Shown here piece by piece: positions 19,724-31,086 of a stretch of DNA of 64,000 nt. The notes beneath the pieces were generated by a model. The model was not told the DNA's origin and made no database searches. It worked only from the letters and a program-made list of their open reading frames with translations. The stretch spans positions 470,214 to 534,213 of the forward strand of contig JAHDYR010000053.1 of assembly GCA_019828565.1 (NCBI GenBank). The letters are read 5' to 3'. This DNA is from Carpediemonas membranifera BICM (Eukaryota > Protista > Fornicata). Made by a program: the position numbers and the translations under genes. Numbering within the stretch: position 1 is the stretch's first letter; each line of letters begins with the position of its first letter.

Positions 19724-20686
19724 CTAAAGATGGAACCGTCTCCGCTGCTCGCCCTGCTGGTCGGCGTTCCACTCGTACTCTCCGCCCACAGGATCGAACG
19801 AGCCCCTGACAATGTACCGAAGCTTCAGAGAGAACTTAGGCCCGAGCTCTTGCAAGTTGACGGCCTCATCGCTGGCAAACTCGTAGCGGTGGAAGCGCAT
19901 AAAAATAAAGTCGCGCTTATTGTTGATGGAGATCACCTGACGCCCAGTCACATCCGGCTGGGCTGGGAAGAGTCCGCCAAGGATCTGAGCCACCCTCTTC
20001 CCAAGATGAGTGGTGAAGTTCTTCGCAATAACTTCAGGAGGATGAACGGTAGGCCAGCCGTGGTTCTTAATGCGCTTACGGAGCACGATCCCGTCCAGCT
20101 TGAACCAGGCCGTGGGGCCAGTGGGGAGGTGACAGACCATGATGCCAGTGGGGTCGGCACCGTCGGCGTGGACGACAACCACGTCGGTGGCACCCTGCTC
20201 TGTAGCGTATTCGCACATAGCGGTAATCGTCCGCTTGCCACGCTTCACATACTTGGCGGCGGGGATCATTGTGAGAAGATCCTCGACGAACGAGAGGACC
20301 CGACGACCCTTGGGGCGAGGGCTGGTAGTAACCCACACGACGGGGACCTTGCCCTCGCGGTGGTCTTCGTATTCGTCCTGGAGGACAATATCCTCCTCGT
20401 CGGAGAGAACGGCGTCGTCGTTGGCGACGCGCATATCGTCGATCGTCTTGGGAAGCTCTTTGGGAACTTCTTCCTCGCCCAGCTTCTCACGGAGCTGATT
20501 GCGGGTGCGGCGGGCCTTCTGCTGCTCTTTCTTCTTCTCGGCAACGAGGTTAGCGCGCACAGCGGACCGACGAACACTGTTCTTCAACGATCTAGCCTTC
20601 TCCATCTTATCTGCGTACTCAGCAGTAAAGATGAGCGGAGTCTTGTTCGTCCGCTTCACTCCCTTGCCCTTAGAAGCGCGTTCCAT
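19724..20686 (-). CDS. RPF1: Ribosome production factor 1 (Brix domain)
   Basis: PKTIDDMR, CHLPTGPTAWF, PEVIAKNFTTHLG, LQELGPKFSLKL. Confidence 0.92.
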   Translation of the reverse strand: MERASKGKGVKRTNKTPLIFTAEYADKMEKARSLKNSVRRSAVRANLVAEKKKEQQKARRTRNQLREKLGEEEVPKELPKTIDDMRVANDDAVLSDEEDIVLQDEYEDHREGKVPVVWVTTSPRPKGRRVLSFVEDLLTMIPAAKYVKRGKRTITAMCEYATEQGATDVVVVHADGADPTGIMVCHLPTGPTAWFKLDGIVLRKRIKNHGWPTVHPPEVIAKNFTTHLGKRVAQILGGLFPAQPDVTGRQVISINNKRDFIFMRFHRYEFASDEAVNLQELGPKFSLKLRYIVRGSFDPVGGEYEWNADQQGEQRRRFHL

Positions 20687-20842
20687 GCTATATCACTGGC
20701 AACGCTATTTCGCAGAATAAGGCTCTCTCGTTTTCTGCTGGAAACGGGGATATGAAGAGGATGCCATCCAGGTCAATAGTCAGCTTTCGTCACTTCAACG
20801 CCTGCGCCGCGGCAATCGGTCGCAGTTTATGGCAAGAACGAC

Positions 20843-21480
20843 ATGGATCAGTTCTCAGTAATTAGAGTTCCTGATCAAGTTCTAGAGGGTGTTACACGCC
20901 CATTATACGTCAGGAAATACATACCCGTGAAGAATGATGAAGTGAGTTCATATTCCACGAAGAAAACGATTGTCGTCTTCAATCTCCCAATTAGAGCGAG
21001 TTTGTGCAACCCAAGTTATCTAACACAGCAGAAGAGTCTATTGAAAGCGCGTTCAGCACCATTGGCAAGCTTTCATCCATTGAGTTGAAGCCCATGATCA
21101 TGGCTGATACCACTCTTGCCGATCCAAACGTTCCCATCGAAGATATGTCCCTCGCCTCATATACTATAGCCTATGTAACCTTCAAACACAGCAAGGACGC
21201 CGATTCCGCTGTCCAAACCGCCACTCTTCCCTCCCCAATCGTCTCTGCCGGCTCATTCGGAGCAGACCGAGCCACCTCCGCCCTGGCTGACCTGCTTGTC
21301 AACGAGAAGGAGCTGCTGAAGACTGCCAGTGCGGCAGTGGAGCGGTACGATGACCGCCAGGAGGAGAAACGGACCAGGGCATACTCGAACGAGCCAGATG
21401 ATGAGGGCTGGATGCTCGCCGTTCCCATGCCGGGCAAGACACACGTGCGGGCGGGCAAGTACACGATCGGGGTGTTCTAG
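20843..21480 (+). CDS. RRP7: Ribosomal RNA-processing protein 7-like (intron 21000-21028)
   Basis: Spliced FNLPIRATEESIESAF RRM-like segment and NEPDDEGW motif; 29-nt GTTTGT..CTAACACAG intron. Confidence 0.75.
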
Positions 21481-21866
21481 AGGCGCTGTAAAAATTTGCG
21501 GATAAAAAGAGAGACGATGTTTTCTGGCACCAAGTGTTTCAGCCGCTTGCGGCAAGCGAGAGCAAAGTGTCGGGTTGGCGTTGTTATGTAACATACGTAA
21601 AGGGCTAAAGTGACCAAGACTCAAGTCAAGTCAGCACTTGCCATCGCAACGTTGGTTGTAAGCGGCCACTGGGCCATCAAGGCCTGGTCCCGCGGGATCC
21701 CTGGTCTGCTCGAGATGATGTCGGAAGGCGGTGTGAGAGGCGCCGGCCCCGCCTCGGTCTGCGGTAGACTTAGGGTCCCCTGTTGCACGGCTGCTCTCAA
21801 CGTGCATCAGACGTTGACCCGATACCAACAGGGTAAAAATTCCGACAGCGAGGAAAACTGAGAGCA

Positions 21867-22208
21867 TTAATGCCATACTTCATCAGCGACACCCATCAAG
21901 TCAGCCTCAGTCATGCTGGGCAATTGAGGGAGTCGATACAGCTTGACGTAACTGTGTCCACAGCCACAGAGCAGAGTCGACCCGTCCGGGGAGAAGGCGA
22001 TGCCCCGCACAAAGCCGTCACAATCGATTGTATTGAAGCACTCGCTGCTCTCAATATCCCACAGCTTGATGGTATTGTCATAAGACCCGGATGCGAGGAC
22101 CCTGCCGTCAGGTGAGAAGGCGACAGAATAGACAAAGTCATGATTGTCATTAAGTACATCGACGCAGCCTGATTTACAAACAATGGCGCAATAACATAAA
22201 ATCTGCAC
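21867..22208 (-). pseudogene. Orphan WD40 C-terminal fragment paralogous to the 3' end of 52730-55831
   Basis: AFSPDG..LASGS.D..LWD..AFSPDGSTLLCG..KL.RLPQL shared; directly abuts the stop codon of the upstream gene. Confidence 0.7.
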
Positions 22209-25200
22209 TAAATACCAGGAATCGACTCCACCAGAGTCAACGTCCGACTCCGAGGCCGCTTCACCTCGACCTTCTTCTCCGGCAACGGCTTCGGCCTCGT
22301 ATAGTCCAGCCTCTGCCTCTCAATCTCCTCAAGCCGTGCGGCCTCGGCGTTCTTCCAGGTCTGGAACATGTACTTCGCCCGATCAGCGTCGTCCAGTCGT
22401 TGGGCACGGAGTTCTTGCACCTTCCTGGTCTGGAGCTTGGCGGTGGTCTCTTTCAAAGCGTTATACTGCTTCTTAGAGGCTGTGCGAGCTAGATACGAGA
22501 GAGATCTGGCGAAATCTGTCTCGGACCCCAGATGCGCTTTCACCGCGGCCATGCGAACGGAAGTGCGAGTAAGTGGCCAGACTGGCTCATCGTACACCGG
22601 CGCCTGGTGCACAGAGGCGCGGGACTGGGGCCGCTGGACATACTTCTTCGTGTACTCGTCGCGCTGGCGGAGGATCTCGGCTTTTCTCACAGGTCTTGGG
22701 GCATTGGGAGTGCGGCCGCCGGACTGGGAATGGGAAGCGGGGCCAGGCACTTTGGTCACTGCCTCCAGACGCTTCATTACCTCTGTTACTTCATCCGCAT
22801 CTTGTCGACTCCGCCGGCCAGTCGGGTCATAAACTGCACGTTGACGATCAGCGCGGGCACGACTCTCCGCCTTCCTCTGCTGGACTGCCTGTCGTGTCTT
22901 GGCGAGCTCCCTGTCCCGGACGTCCTGGTCCTTCATTCTGTATCTGATCTCATCGATCCTGAGATTGAATTTCTCATCCGCCTGGGAGTTCCGGATGGTT
23001 GAGAGATAATCAACCGGCCGGGCCTTTGTCGGGATAATCGTGAGCTGGTCGGCCTGCTTCTGGACCCGCTCCATGGCGATGCTGAGCGTTTCTGGACCCT
23101 CGGCAGACTTGGCGGGCGCTGCAGACCTACGAACGAGCGTGGCTTCCTTCCAACGGAAGAGGGAGTCGAGCTCCCTAATTCCAGGCGGGCCCCGACTTGC
23201 CGGAGTAACTGCGACTCGAATCCCGACTCCAGCAGTGCCTACTCCGGCAGTCTGGATGTGGGGCGTCCGGGCGGGGCGGGTTGGGTGCATCGAGCGGACT
23301 ACGAAGCCGCGCCACGCAGCCTGGATGAGAGCTGCGGCCTCCTGGCGCTTGACTTCTGAGAGAGAGATGATGGGCAGGCTAGACATCGTCCGACCTACGA
23401 AAGTGTGCAGGAAGAGGAGCAGGGCACGACGCTTGGCCTCATCCGTGTCTGCGAACGAGACCCGCGTGTACCCGTAGAGGCTGCGGGCGACGAAATTCAT
23501 CTTTCCGAACCATGGAACCTTAAACTGCGAAATATTGGAAATGGGCTGGATGACTGAGCCCGAACGGACCAAGGACACTGCCTGCCCCGCTGTGAGTCCC
23601 GCTGCCTTTGTGGTATGTACTGGGAAGGCAGGAACGGTGAGTCTAATACAAGCTGCCTTTGTAAGAATATACTTCGACGCCGGCGGCAGGAGAAACACAG
23701 GAGCGTTTGACGGATCCGGTGTAATATCAAAGGAGAACCTGTAATCGGCCTCCTGCACTGTCCTATGAGTAAACGCCCTCGTCCCCTGAGCAACTACGGC
23801 CCTACGCCAGTCCGACTGGACCCACGGCATCGACTCCGCTGCAGCCGGGGCCGAGCGGAGGGGCAGAGGCTCGGGTGGGGCGGCGCATGCTCTGTCGAGC
23901 ACTCTCAGGTCGGAGGACCGAATAAAGAAGAAGCCGTCCGTGCCGACTCTGCGGCAGACCTCCTCCATGCCAGTGTATATCCTCAGTGCTTGCAGTGAGC
24001 GGTGGGATCGGAAGGCTGCCTGTATCCGACTCGCGGCGTGCAGTCTAATGCGCTCCTCGATGAAACCATGGGGGAAGAGTACCTTGGATGAATACACGGC
24101 AGCTCTCGTCCTATGTGCCCTGAACGTGGACTGGATCTTCACGGCTGCGGCCTCACGGATGGCATCGTGACATCTTATGGCTTGGATGCCAGCCGTGCCC
24201 TCCAGCATGGCTGCTAGGTGGCGGAGGAAGGTAGGGTCGTTCGGACAGCGGACAATGGAGCATGAGCGGCGGATGTCGCCCTTAATCGTGTCTACACCGC
24301 TGTATGTCTCGAACGAGGAGGTGTACGCTGTCCGTTCGATGCCTGTGACATGGGGCCGCATGAACACGAGGCGAAGCTGGGCGAGTTTGCCCAGGTCTGC
24401 TCCCACTACAATGCGGTGGCGCTTCAGAGTTTCAGGTGGGGCAGGCCGTCGGATCTGGAGCACGGGGCCCTTGCCGATTGGGCGATCATGTCTTGCCAGG
24501 TAGGCTCCACGCCGCTCTCCGAGCCACTCAAAGGGGGAGTCAGCCCTTACCACCCGGATCTGCTCCGATCCATGGGTAACCGAGGCCAGAGCAGCAGTCA
24601 CAGTCGACATGAAGTCAGACATGCCAGAATCTGGTACAATAAACCAGCTAGGGTTGGTCAGCATTGTCTCGCGGAACTTCATGAGTCGTTTGACTCGCTG
24701 AGCGCGCCAGGCACGCTGGATGGCGCGGGCTGAATGGTGCAGGAAGAACATGTCGATCAGCTGGCGGCGGCGGGCCTTGAGAGCGAGTGAGCGGCGGATG
24801 AAACGCTGGATCAGTCGGGCGGCGATCATCCGGTTCAGATGGTGCAGTTTTAGGTCAGGACCGACTCTGACGCGGGTCTGGTGGCCGCGGACGACGGCCT
24901 GGATCACTGTAGCGGCCTTGCTCGTGGCTTTCTTGTACTCGGCGGCCTCTCGTCTGCCGAGCCAGCCTCGGACCCAGCGCTGGATGATGACAACCGGAGA
25001 CCGGTGCCGGAACATGGCGTCCACGCGATACAACTCGTCCCTTAGCACATCATACATCAGTTGGTAAGTCACAAAGGGGTCGGTCGACTGCTCGACTGCC
25101 CGCGATACACCAAGAGAGGACCTTGGGCGCGACTTGGGCGTTCGTGCGCGGACTACAGGCATGTAATCTGACATCAACGCGTGTTTCAGTGCCGACCGCG

Positions 25201-25705
25201 GCCTATCAAGTCTTGATTCAGTCGAATCAGGGAACGAATCTGCCGAGTACTGGAAGATCATTTCTCGCGAGCACGCGGCCCACCTTGAGAACTGAGCGCC
25301 GTCAATGCACTCCTCGTCTGAAATGTTATGGTTGTCAAGCACTCTTAACACAGGCAGGGTATTGACAAGGAAGTTTCGATAGCCCGGGTGGCGGGCGATG
25401 GGGTTGTCGTAAAGTGTCAGAATGGTTAGTGCGGGGGCGCCTATGAGTCCAGCTACCCCTGCGAGGTCCGAGATCTTGTTGGAATGGAGGAATAGAACGC
25501 GTAGGGAGGTCATCTGGGCCCAAGAGTCGGGTCCGGGGAGTTCGGTGAGGTTGTTGGAGTGCAGGTCGAGCTTACGGAGTGTGACGGAGAGAGGAATGCT
25601 GTCAAATGACTGGGTAAGAGAGTTGGGAGGGGCAAACGTTGAAATGGTTGTGTCCCGCAAAGAGATACTCGAGTATTCCGCATTCCATGAGAGCATCGCG
25701 GGCAT
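22208..25705 (-). CDS. LRR and IQ-motif protein (LRRIQ3-like)
   Basis: N-terminal LRRs (LDLHSNNL, LFLHSNKI, LTLYDNPI, LRVLD) and multiple IQxxxRG motifs. Confidence 0.85.
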   Translation of the reverse strand: MPAMLSWNAEYSSISLRDTTISTFAPPNSLTQSFDSIPLSVTLRKLDLHSNNLTELPGPDSWAQMTSLRVLFLHSNKISDLAGVAGLIGAPALTILTLYDNPIARHPGYRNFLVNTLPVLRVLDNHNISDEECIDGAQFSRWAACSREMIFQYSADSFPDSTESRLDRPRSALKHALMSDYMPVVRARTPKSRPRSSLGVSRAVEQSTDPFVTYQLMYDVLRDELYRVDAMFRHRSPVVIIQRWVRGWLGRREAAEYKKATSKAATVIQAVVRGHQTRVRVGPDLKLHHLNRMIAARLIQRFIRRSLALKARRRQLIDMFFLHHSARAIQRAWRAQRVKRLMKFRETMLTNPSWFIVPDSGMSDFMSTVTAALASVTHGSEQIRVVRADSPFEWLGERRGAYLARHDRPIGKGPVLQIRRPAPPETLKRHRIVVGADLGKLAQLRLVFMRPHVTGIERTAYTSSFETYSGVDTIKGDIRRSCSIVRCPNDPTFLRHLAAMLEGTAGIQAIRCHDAIREAAAVKIQSTFRAHRTRAAVYSSKVLFPHGFIEERIRLHAASRIQAAFRSHRSLQALRIYTGMEEVCRRVGTDGFFFIRSSDLRVLDRACAAPPEPLPLRSAPAAAESMPWVQSDWRRAVVAQGTRAFTHRTVQEADYRFSFDITPDPSNAPVFLLPPASKYILTKAACIRLTVPAFPVHTTKAAGLTAGQAVSLVRSGSVIQPISNISQFKVPWFGKMNFVARSLYGYTRVSFADTDEAKRRALLLFLHTFVGRTMSSLPIISLSEVKRQEAAALIQAAWRGFVVRSMHPTRPARTPHIQTAGVGTAGVGIRVAVTPASRGPPGIRELDSLFRWKEATLVRRSAAPAKSAEGPETLSIAMERVQKQADQLTIIPTKARPVDYLSTIRNSQADEKFNLRIDEIRYRMKDQDVRDRELAKTRQAVQQRKAESRARADRQRAVYDPTGRRSRQDADEVTEVMKRLEAVTKVPGPASHSQSGGRTPNAPRPVRKAEILRQRDEYTKKYVQRPQSRASVHQAPVYDEPVWPLTRTSVRMAAVKAHLGSETDFARSLSYLARTASKKQYNALKETTAKLQTRKVQELRAQRLDDADRAKYMFQTWKNAEAARLEEIERQRLDYTRPKPLPEKKVEVKRPRSRTLTLVESIPGI

Positions 25706-26456
25706 CGGTGAGTTCCCTGTGTTAATGTGCTCTGTTGGGTACAAACATGTCGGATATGTTGGCACAAAGTGCGTCGTCGGTGCCGATCCCGGTAGAGTCA
25801 CACCGTTTGATCAGTTCGCGGAATGTAAGCGCCTTGTGAGGCTTATTACCCGTGTTTGCATGGACATGTTGCTCTTGCAACGTGTCTTCAGCGCTCATGG
25901 ATCAAAAGGCCAGTTGTTTGCCAATTCTCGATATTTCGATCCTTAAAGTGCGCTATCATCGCCCAGCCGCCTATGACGGTGAACGACCCATACTACGACC
26001 ATACGGACGTGTAAACGAGTAAACAATCATCCTGTTGTTATGTCATCTCTTGCCTCGAGTGGCCGGTGCGACTGGACCTACACCGCTGACCATGGAATGC
26101 AGTGTTGAATCACCCGTACCCCGGGCCCAGTGCTCTTAGTTCATCCAGACTCACACTACAGGAGCGCTCACTCAGCTGATGGTGCGGACAAATCAAGAAA
26201 GCTTGAACAAGGTGGACCCCCATCACGATGGGGGCTGACTGAGGTCAGACTGATCTGTGGCCTTTGGGTCGCTGTTTGGCCGTCATTCACTGGGCTCGGC
26301 TGTTCCAGCAGGAAGGACTGCGGGCAGACTTCCGTGACTGGTGCAATCCCGGCGAGCTTTTCATCCTCAGTTGACAACGCCTACACTACTACGTCCACTC
26401 TGGAACTCAGTACAGTACATGGATTTACGTAAACACCCGACCCGAACCTACTTTAC

Positions 26457-27587
26457 CTAAATGTGGTACCCGGTACTGTTGTTCGAGCTCGCGGGGGCCC
26501 CAGCCCCGCCGAACAGACCGCCCAGCATCCCGCCAAGGCCACCAGCACCGCCGAGAGAACCCATGACTCTGGAGATGATGGGCTGGACGTCTGGGTCACT
26601 CATAAATCTCAGAGCAGCCATAGGCCCACCCTCCTGGACAGCCTGGGCGATCTCGTTGAGTTTTCCGGACTGCCGGAGTCTGATAAAGGCAGGGTCGTCT
26701 TGCAGAGAACGGAAAGCAGGGAACGCCTCAAAGAGAGAGTCAATGACTCCGTCGACGTTGGGGGAGCCGGCCGCGGCGCCTTCAGAGGGAGCAGAGGGAG
26801 TTGTGTCCTCAGCGGCAGCGGGGGAGGCGGCAGCCGACTGGCCGCCGCCCATGATGTTGGACATCATGCCCTGGATGGCGGGGTTGTTGAGGAGGTTGCC
26901 CAGCCCGCCAAGGCCCTCAGCGGGGGGTGCAGTGCGGGCCTCCTGCTCGCGCTTGTTGGCCAGGCGGACCTTAGCGATGTCGAGGTTCTTCTTGAAAGCC
27001 TCGTTCTCGGGCTCAAGTGCGAGTGCGCGGCCGTATGCAGAAACTGCGGTTTCGAAGTTGCCAAGCTCGAAGGCGACGGCACCGAGGCGGGAGTGGCCCT
27101 TGGAATAGCGGGGGTCGAGCTCAACAGCGCGCTCGGCGTCGGCCTTGGCCTCGGCAAGGGCACGCTTCTGGACATAAGCTGCAGCCCGGTTGCAGTAGTA
27201 GATCGCGTTGGTGTTGTCGATCTTGATGGCCTGAGAGTAGAAGTCAATGGCTTCATCGAGGCGGCCGCCGCGGATGGAGTCGTTGCCGAGCATCTTCAGG
27301 CGATCAGCCTCAGTCTTGTCCGTGGAGGAAGCCTCAGTGTCCTTGGGCGCGGTAGGGAGCGCAGAAACACCAGCGTTGTAGATATCATCAAGAGTATAGC
27401 CCTGGATCATCTTGCTACGATCATCAGAGGTCATGGAGGCAATGAATGCATCTTCAAGAGCCTCGACGGCAACCTCGAGAGACTCCTGGGCGGAAACATC
27501 AGAAATGCTCTTCTTCAGAGAGTCCAGGTATGCGTGAATGTGCAGGAGAAGCTGATTGTTGACCATCAGGTTCGAATGATCAGTCAT
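26457..27587 (-). CDS. SGT2: SGTA/Sgt2 TPR co-chaperone
   Basis: ESLEVAVEALEDAF dimerisation motif, three TPRs (YYCNRAAAY, YSKGHSRLG), STI1-like C-terminus. Confidence 0.88.
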   Translation of the reverse strand: MTDHSNLMVNNQLLLHIHAYLDSLKKSISDVSAQESLEVAVEALEDAFIASMTSDDRSKMIQGYTLDDIYNAGVSALPTAPKDTEASSTDKTEADRLKMLGNDSIRGGRLDEAIDFYSQAIKIDNTNAIYYCNRAAAYVQKRALAEAKADAERAVELDPRYSKGHSRLGAVAFELGNFETAVSAYGRALALEPENEAFKKNLDIAKVRLANKREQEARTAPPAEGLGGLGNLLNNPAIQGMMSNIMGGGQSAAASPAAAEDTTPSAPSEGAAAGSPNVDGVIDSLFEAFPAFRSLQDDPAFIRLRQSGKLNEIAQAVQEGGPMAALRFMSDPDVQPIISRVMGSLGGAGGLGGMLGGLFGGAGAPASSNNSTGYHI

Positions 27588-27875
27588 AAACTGCTCGCCT
27601 GATTGATCGGCACACTACGCCCCTTCTGGGCATGAATAGGTGTGAATAGGTCTGTTAGAGTACTTGAGGAACTTTCATCTCCAGCAGAGCTCTGAGTGGT
27701 TTAGCCTGCCACATTCTTCGATGGTCCGGACGAGTGTCAGACAAATTCGCGGCCAAATCGGGACCTGTTGAGCAGTTGGATCTCTAGGAGGGCATTTCCA
27801 GCTCGTCGCCGCCATCACGAATTTGAGTAATTCAAACAGCCGATCAAAACAGCACCTCATAACTCATCAACTAGA

Positions 27876-28295
27876 ATGCTTAGTACAGAAAACGGAATAG
27901 ATTTGGCTGGTTTCGGCGATAGACTCGTGGAGCAGCAGTATAGTACTGGTCTAGGAGAGCCCACATCCCCAGGAACGGATCCAACAAACGCACAGACCAC
28001 TAGAGCAGCCAAGGAGAGCGAGCAGTATGTCCCTATCGCTAATGTGAACCGTATGATGCATACTGTTGTCGGCGACGACGTTAAGATCATGCGAGACACA
28101 AAGGAGCTTCTTCAGGAATCCGTCTCCGAATTCATCCTCCTCCTCACCGGAGAGGCCACAGAAGTGTGCAACGCGGACGGGAGGAAGACCATTTCAGCCG
28201 AAGACGTGCTGACAGTGGTCCAGAATGTCGGGTTCGAGCGGTATGAGCCCTATCTCCGGGCCATGCACCAGTGCATCAGGAAGAAGGGCCATTGA
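27876..28295 (+). CDS. NF-YB-like histone-fold protein
   Basis: PIANVNRMM..KELLQESVSEFI..GEA..RKTISAEDVL..GFE.Y. Confidence 0.88.
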   Translation: MLSTENGIDLAGFGDRLVEQQYSTGLGEPTSPGTDPTNAQTTRAAKESEQYVPIANVNRMMHTVVGDDVKIMRDTKELLQESVSEFILLLTGEATEVCNADGRKTISAEDVLTVVQNVGFERYEPYLRAMHQCIRKKGH

Positions 28296-28513
28296 AGCAT
28301 GGGCGCGATACATGGTTTACAGCTGGTATAGCTAAATTGATTCTTCTTCGCTCGTTTTTCGAGTTTGGGCAGGGTTGAGGGGCAAACGGCGAACTGGAGG
28401 TTCACTATGGTGCAAGCATGTGGTCAGTGGTGGCGGTGGGGTGTGATGCTGCCCTAGCTCCACATATCTTCGTCAAATTTGGACCCGCACTTTTACCACT
28501 TTCACTACGGCCG

Positions 28514-30817
28514 ATGTCTGACGCAGATCAGAAGGAGGAGTCTCTGGCGTTATCATTCAGCAAGAGACTCGAGAAATGGCCAGAAGACGCCACAGATCGG
28601 ACGAGATGGAAGGATGTGGGTTTCCCGAAGGAGGGCCGCAAAAACGGCGCCATCAACCGTGCAAACATCTTTCAATACAAGGTTTTCCGGGAAATGAACA
28701 AGGAAGCCATCAGAATCATCGAGATGTTGGATCCTTCCGTTGATCTTTCCGACGAGCAGATTTCTTCTATGCGAAAGGTGTTTGAGACACTAATCCTACC
28801 GTTTCGCAACAAAGCCGTCCTCCCCTTCTCCAACCTGGACGAATTCATGCGCGATGAGATGTCCAAGCATCTCGATAAGGACATGAAGGCCGCCATCACG
28901 GCAATCTATGGCCCCGACGGCCCTGACCTCTTCCCCGGCTTCGTCGCCTTCAACTTCCTAGTATTCAGAGCCCACATGGAGATGAACGCCCTGAGACCCA
29001 CCAACGAGCAGCTAGCGGCCATGAACACGCACAAGCAGGACCAGTTTGTGCGACGCTGGGCCGAGACAACTGACAGATTCGGGCCGACGGCCCCTTTCCC
29101 CATAATCAGACACAGGATCGCCCAGGAGGCGGCCAGAGAGGAGAAGAGGCGGCTCAAGGAGAAGAGGGACGAGGAGAGACGTGCGAACGCCCGCCACCGT
29201 CGTAGGGCTGTGAGAGACTACGACTCCCTCACACTGAGCGCCCAGAGTGCGAGGAGCGTCCGAATGCCGAAGCAGCACGCCAAACTCACAGGATCCGCCG
29301 CGGATGACAAGGCTGAGCAAGCAAGAGTTGCTCGGGAAGCCAAGGCCCAGCTCGAGTATTGGATCTCGAACCCGGTCAAGCCGGCCGTAGAGTCGATTCC
29401 GGCACAAGTCTTGAGTCAAATGGAGTCGGGTGAAGTTTTCCGGAAAGCTGCCGACCACGACTTCAAGCCCGAGGACGTTCCCGATCTGGGCATTTATTAC
29501 ACGGAGTATGTCAGATTAGACACTGCTCTGACTCGTATCCAGTCGATCTTGGAGAATCTTTTCCTATCCCCGGACGAGATCCAGAAGAAAATTGACGACC
29601 GCGCCGCTGCCGGAAAAGAGCCAATCGAGTACGACCCAGAGACTCTCCGGAAGTCCCAGGTTTCAAAGATCATGGCGGTCGTCGGAGGGGCGGTTGAGTC
29701 TGAATTCCGGAAGGTTGAGATCGACGCCGACGTGGTGAACAGTGGGTCCGGGCATAAGCCAAGCAGGGACGCCAGCAAGCACATGATTGACTCCGTCGAC
29801 GGCGTATTGTCCGGCTGGACTGCTTTCGCTGACGGAATTGTCCGGAATCGACTCCTGGGGCGAGTCAGGGAGTTGCTCCGGCAACACCTCGAGGCAAGGG
29901 GCCTGGTTCCCCGGAAAGAGACTATCGACACAATGTTCGACTCCGGATCCGACTCTGACTCTGAGGAAGTCGTGCCGGAAGTCGAGATTTCTTTAGACGT
30001 CCCTCTAACATCTCCTGGTGCAATTTGTGTCATTTTCGTACATGCTCTCAAAGAACTCCATGACGAGATCTGGACGCAACTCGAAGCTGTCCAGCCAGAG
30101 CCCCCGGTCGGCGATGAGGTGTTAGACGAGTTGGCAAGGCTTCAGGCTGAGTGGAAGGAGGTACACGGTTCGAATCTCGAAAAAATGCGCAGTTTTGCCG
30201 CGCGCGGTGCCCAAGCTAGCGAGGTGAGGCGTATGCAGCGTGACGACGACGTCTCAATGGGTTTCCTATACGCCCATGACAAATGGACCAACGCCCTCAA
30301 GGACATGAAGAAAAAGAACCCCGCCACCACCATTCGAACCCGGAACCACATCTTAGGCCGGCAGATTCTTAGCGATTTGGCTAGGGAGCTCGGTTGGATG
30401 GGTATTGGCATTGGCGAGCTCGGCCGAATCCACACGATTGGCGTGATGGGCCAGATCGAGCGGCTGGCAGTCGAACCGGGGCCCGTCGAGGTTGCGCAGG
30501 TCGAGGTCAAGACTGAAGTTGCCGGCGAACCTAGTTTGCCGGAAACTGAGAAAACTGAGCCTGTTGCCGGCGCGCCGGAACATTCAGCCGCACCTGACCA
30601 GGCCACTGCCCCAACCAAGTCAACCCGCCCAACCCCACCGGTGGTGGACGCCGAATGGGTCCGGTCCCGCTGTGTGGCGCTGGAGAAGCAGCACCGGGCA
30701 GTTTTAGGTGAGAAGAACTTTGTCCTTCGGTTTGGACGAGACGACCCTGCCGGGGGCAAGCCTGGGGCTGGCGAGGGGCTCAGGAAGGGTGTGAAGGTCA
30801 TGAAGAAGAGTATATAG
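28514..30817 (+). CDS. Hypothetical protein
   Basis: Long ORF (may start at 28418); no recognised motif. Confidence 0.75.
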   Translation: MSDADQKEESLALSFSKRLEKWPEDATDRTRWKDVGFPKEGRKNGAINRANIFQYKVFREMNKEAIRIIEMLDPSVDLSDEQISSMRKVFETLILPFRNKAVLPFSNLDEFMRDEMSKHLDKDMKAAITAIYGPDGPDLFPGFVAFNFLVFRAHMEMNALRPTNEQLAAMNTHKQDQFVRRWAETTDRFGPTAPFPIIRHRIAQEAAREEKRRLKEKRDEERRANARHRRRAVRDYDSLTLSAQSARSVRMPKQHAKLTGSAADDKAEQARVAREAKAQLEYWISNPVKPAVESIPAQVLSQMESGEVFRKAADHDFKPEDVPDLGIYYTEYVRLDTALTRIQSILENLFLSPDEIQKKIDDRAAAGKEPIEYDPETLRKSQVSKIMAVVGGAVESEFRKVEIDADVVNSGSGHKPSRDASKHMIDSVDGVLSGWTAFADGIVRNRLLGRVRELLRQHLEARGLVPRKETIDTMFDSGSDSDSEEVVPEVEISLDVPLTSPGAICVIFVHALKELHDEIWTQLEAVQPEPPVGDEVLDELARLQAEWKEVHGSNLEKMRSFAARGAQASEVRRMQRDDDVSMGFLYAHDKWTNALKDMKKKNPATTIRTRNHILGRQILSDLARELGWMGIGIGELGRIHTIGVMGQIERLAVEPGPVEVAQVEVKTEVAGEPSLPETEKTEPVAGAPEHSAAPDQATAPTKSTRPTPPVVDAEWVRSRCVALEKQHRAVLGEKNFVLRFGRDDPAGGKPGAGEGLRKGVKVMKKSI

Positions 30818-31086
30818 AGCCGTTGTGTCATTCAGATTTTAAATTTTTAAAGGCAGCATTTTTTGGATAAGCGAATCATTTGGCGTTTCTCAGCTCGAGA
30901 GATTGTGATAAAGTTGGCAATAGCATGGCCCTTCCACATATGCTTTCCCAATTCATTGTTTCCACGTTGGTTGGCAGGCTCTATTGCGCAGTATAAACAC
31001 ATTTTTCGACGATTCAATAGCACAGGCTCGACTCGATTAAAGTGCGTCCGACTGTGAAATTTTGGTAGAATTCCACAGTTGGAGAC

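Noticed and set aside
19730-20755. Long antisense ORFs (also 9266-10216, 26463-27602, 47091-47834)
   Set aside because: Shadow ORFs produced by GC-rich codon bias opposite well-conserved genes
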